Below are positions 60,301 to 64,000 of a stretch of DNA of 64,000 nt, piece by piece. The first letter of the stretch is position 1, and the number at the start of each line of letters is the position of its first letter. Under the pieces are notes generated by a model. That model ran no database searches. It was not told the origin of the DNA and was given only the letters and a program-made list of their open reading frames with translations. This DNA comes from Lytechinus pictus (taxonomy: Eukaryota), in assembly GCF_037042905.1 (NCBI RefSeq), contig NC_087249.1:39184001-39248000 (forward strand), in the 5' to 3' direction. A program made the translations under genes and the position numbers.

Positions 60301-61158
60301 TTTTATTTGTTTCATCGGAATGCATATGTAGTTATTATTTGATAGATGAAAGTGGCATGCTTGTGGATGGATGTTTGTTTTATGTTACAGATAAATTGAA
60401 TATGTTGTTAATTGGTCTTGGAGTAAAGACAAGCAAAACGAATATTCAAAAATGTTTCTGGCCCTGCATTGCCATGGTAACAACATTATGGCAATATTGA
60501 AACCAGGGAAAAATACTAAAGCTATTATATTCATTTTTTCATCTCAACTTTTTTTTGTTAAGTTTTTCTAAGCATTTTTACCTATTTCTGTGTAGCTTAT
60601 TTTGTGAATGTTTTGGACTCATTCTCATTGTCACAACTCTTGTTGATTCTCTCCAATCTGAATTATATCAAATGATTCTTTTGTTTTAGTCTTATTCCTG
60701 TGATCACCTTTTTTTTCTTTACCAATGACGTTAACAGTAAAGTGGCAAAACAATTAGCATCTATTTTTTTTTGCTTATCATTATCTCGCCTGCAGAGCAG
60801 AATGAGATTATAGGCGCTGCTTTTATGACGCCGACATAAATTGGTTTCATTTGTACCTTACATGTAGTACAAACCGTGGACTAATTTGACAGTGTATGCA
60901 ATGAAAAAAATCTGCGTAGTCCACGGTTTTGTACCATGGTACAATTGAAACCACCTTTGTGAACTAGGGCCATTAAAGTTATGTAGTCATTTAGAGAATA
61001 AGTTTCGATGTGAAAGATATTGTTAAACTTTACCGTACAACAGGAGCCTGCTATACCCATTGCTATCGAAGTAGAGCCGACATTTGTTGCCCTTGGACCG
61101 TACCATTTGGCTGCGGGGATGAACAACAGAGCATGGTTTTATGTACTCAGTGACAAAG
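48333..61158 (+). CDS. WDR19: WD repeat-containing protein 19 / IFT144, 3'-partial (first 9 coding exons, about 416 aa)
   Basis: Exons 48333-48338 (MK), 53004-53161, 53909-54133, 54722-54854 (GC donor), 55392-55472, 55644-55756, 56773-56946, 58041-58284, 61044-61158. Peptides [73 protein letters not shown] and [24 protein letters not shown] match IFT144. The 6-nt first exon is less certain than the others. Confidence 0.94.
49519..52170 (-). mobile_element. Decayed, 5'-truncated non-LTR retrotransposon (RT pseudogene, RTE/RTEX-like) in WDR19 intron 1
   Basis: RT motifs [45 protein letters not shown], and a degenerate C-terminal knuckle [15 protein letters not shown]. Several frameshifts. 3' tail (TACAAG)2 at ~49519-49530. 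Clade assignment is an inference. Confidence 0.88.
50499..51527 (+). mobile_element. Internally deleted hAT-type transposon with 6-bp TSD, keeping the transposase N-terminal zinc finger (ORF 50890-51225)
   Basis: TIRs CAGAGATGCCAAC / GTTGGCATCTCTG. TSD CTGTTG at 50493-98 and 51528-33. Peptide [29 protein letters not shown]. Confidence 0.88.
56109..56642. mobile_element. Tc1-like MITE with degenerate TIRs
   Basis: gcatcccagaaaaaaggaaacc and ggtttccttttttgtgggatac are imperfect inverted repeats. Confidence 0.6.
59480..59650. repeat. Degenerate (ATT)n microsatellite
   Basis: Read directly. Confidence 0.9.
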
Positions 61159-61637
61159 GTAAGTTCTCACATTTAACTCTCATAAAATCAGTGTTACTTT
61201 ATTTTTCTGAGCAAATTATTTGTCTAATTTTGTGGCCTTGATTAAAGTACAGTATATTGGAAAAAATTAATGCACAATATTTGTTATTTGATTGTTAACC
61301 TATTCCTGAAATCATTTACTTCATTATTTCCAGGAATGAAAAAGATGAATGTGCATATTAAATAATTATTGTTCATGTGTCCTAAAATAGTTTTTAAATG
61401 AGTATTGATATCTTTTCAATGAGGGAATGTTATACAGAACTTTCTTTGAGAAAGTGTCTAGCTCAAGTTCTTAATGGTGTTTTTTGTGTATAGCAAATTG
61501 AAAAATATTCTTTCAAAAATAATTGAAAAATCTATGAAACACATTAGGATACTTCAAATAAAAACAAGAAATGAGTTTCATTCAGCACTGTGCATCTGTA
61601 GGAATCACCTAGAACTTCTATTGCAAGGGTCCTTTAA

Positions 61638-62045
61638 AGCCCAGCTCACACTATGCGATCCAATGCCGCACGATTTTTTGATAAATAGTATTTTGCATTA
61701 AATATGAAAGTTCCAAGAAGTACGATTATTTCATTTTAAGTTCCGCATAACGTTAGGAATAATAAAATCATAATTTTACTTTGCTGCAAGCCCTGTGATC
61801 AGAATAAAGTCCGAATTGGCTTCAAGTCGCTGCCGATGATGACATCATTAGTACGATTTGGGTTTGAATTTGTTTGAATTATTCCTACAGGGAAGCTCGA
61901 ACTAGACTGAATTTCGATTTCAGTAGTCCTACCACTATAATACTCTGATTGGTAAGATTTTATTGGTTGGAATGTCCGTATCAAATAGTATTACAATTTC
62001 TTTGAAATTGGGATCGCAAGGAATCGCATAGTGTGCGCCAGGGCT
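61638..62045. mobile_element. PIF/Harbinger-like MITE
   Basis: TIRs agcccagctcacactatgcgat / atcgcatagtgtgcgccagggct, flanked by TAA (61635-37 and 62046-48). Confidence 0.75.
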
Positions 62046-64000
62046 TAACAACCAAATAGTGGACTTGATCGCACAGTAAGGATCTCTGTGTACCAACCTT
62101 GAATCACCTTCAATGCAGTAAACTTGTACTAATCAGAGAATTCTGGCAATATTTTAGATTATTACAGCATACAGTCCATGCAGACAGGATGGTGTAAGTT
62201 ATACAAATGATAATTGTTTTTTCACCTTTCCATGTACATCCCCATTCATACATGTATTTTTACACCTATACCATAAAGCATCTATACTGACCACGCTTCC
62301 CAAATTGTACTATCCTGATATTATCGTAATACATCTGAATATCATACAGAATATATTTGCTAACCTATACTGCAGAAGCGGATCCACGATTAACTAGGGA
62401 TTGGGTTCACTTTTTCTTCCAAAAGTTTTATGAGCAAAAAATATAGAAACAAATTATTACTACAATGACCCCCCCCCAAAAAAAAAAAAGAAGAAAAGAA
62501 CTACTACTAAGAAAATGATCATAATTTGAGAATGATCCATTTGCATATTTTATTAATGAGAATAATAGTATTAGTGATAATAATGATAGTACTTGTATTT
62601 AAGAAACGCTAAATTCACATTTTCATCATAGCGCTTTACAAATTAAGATTACATTTTTAACACAACTATAGATACATGTAGAATTAACATAATTATAAAC
62701 CATACAAAATAGTAATAGATAGAATTAATGTAACTATAAACCATACCAAAAAAAAATGTATTATAGTGGAATGGGGGCTTATTGACTCATTTTAAATCAG
62801 AATATCTCAAAAGAGCAACCTCTTATACCACTGGCTAATAAAGACATCTTAGCCAATCATATATCATCATGATTTCATAGGCTTTTATAAAATGGTGAAG
62901 TATATGGAAAGTTTAGAATGGTTATCATTTTGGAGTGAGGGATGAAATGTCTATGAAGTTTTTTTGAAGGTGTGGTATTTATAGTAAAACGGTACTTGGT
63001 CAACACTCACTTTGTCTACTTTCCATTTGGTCTCTTCCCAATTGGTCTTGGTCTTGTTCATTTGCCAAAAAACACTTCTGACTGTTTTGTCCAGTTGCTA
63101 TTTAGACCATTTACCATTTTGTCTTATTTCCAGTTTAATACCAGTTCTATGTTTTGTCTAATATCCTCGTGGTCTAACAGCAGTCTATAAGTACATGTAG
63201 ATGAGCTTCTTACGAACTAAATTTTCATTTGACGAAGTACAAAGTAATAATAAGACAAGTAGAAATGGAACCATCTGGGCTTTAGACTAAATGACACTTA
63301 GACCAGGTATTGGTTGGACCAAATGGTAATTAGACCAACTGCTAGTAGACCAAGTGGGTATTTACTGATCACAGGAGCATTTGGTGGGTGTTGTGTTTGG
63401 GAGAACAGTGTTAACTTCAATTTTTTAGGGGGACATTTAGGATGAGTTTTCATTTTTCACAAAATGTGTATGGGAGAGTTTTCTGCTGCATATTGATTGT
63501 AATGAGTTTCACATCAGACATGTACATTATCTTTGTTCCCTAAAATTTGAGACCACTGCAACAAAAGCTCCAACAAAATAAACAAAAAGTTTATTTGAAG
63601 AAGTATGGATTCAGAAAGCATTACACATGGGCTTCTTGATCCTTCCTGAGTTCCCAACTCCTGTCTTTCCCAAAATCTCTCTCTCTCTCTCTGCTTTCAC
63701 CCTTTGAGCCTTTGGTTACTATTTTTTCTTTTCCTGAACATCTTAGTCGGCTTTCTGTTCAGAGTGTCTTCTTCACTTAGGAAGGGACAGGGGGGGGGGG
63801 GGGGCTCCAACTGTGCCCTGTGCATGACATCGGATAGGAGCCTATGCCTGATTCCCAGTTTTCCTATGTAGGACAATTCTATGTCTGACTCCTTATATGT
63901 GGGATGTTCTTGAAGTGATTCGTCCTGTGTTTTGAAGTTAATGAAAAAGGAAATTTTGTTGGATTGAGCAGTTCATGACATGAAGTAAAGATGGAAGTTG

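Noticed and set aside
60468-60481. RFX X-box-like ATTGCCATGGTAAC in a ciliary gene
   Set aside because: It is 12 kb from the start, deep in an intron, and similar half-sites occur inside repeats here. Function cannot be supported.

Overview
Eukaryotic, AT-rich, intron-rich animal genomic DNA. The repeat landscape and gene content suggest a marine invertebrate deuterostome, probably a sea urchin, but this is an inference. From left to right: (1) a large minus-strand Helentron-type rolling-circle transposon (left end outside the window) whose single ~2548-aa ORF (atypical zinc fingers, Ulp1/C48-like protease, charged 34-aa repeats, HUH Rep, PIF1 helicase, AP endonuclease) is split by a 1084-bp TIR element and is preceded by a TATA/Inr/CCAAT/octamer promoter and a terminal hairpin; (2) 15 coding exons of a plus-strand SREBP gene (N-terminal exons upstream of the window, so the Helentron probably sits in an SREBP intron), with an intronic miR-33 hairpin at the conserved position; (3) a complete 192-aa LRRC51 gene; (4) the first nine coding exons of WDR19/IFT144, including a GC-AG intron and a decayed non-LTR retrotransposon in intron 1 that is itself interrupted by a hAT-type element with a 6-bp TSD. 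Introns and intergenic DNA hold many MITEs (Tc1-, Kolobok-, Harbinger- and hAT-like), HINE-like Helentron derivatives, a tRNA-derived SINE, tandem repeats, several duplicated splice-acceptor/exon starts and one 151-N assembly gap. Exon coordinates were read by hand and checked for phase. No database search was run.
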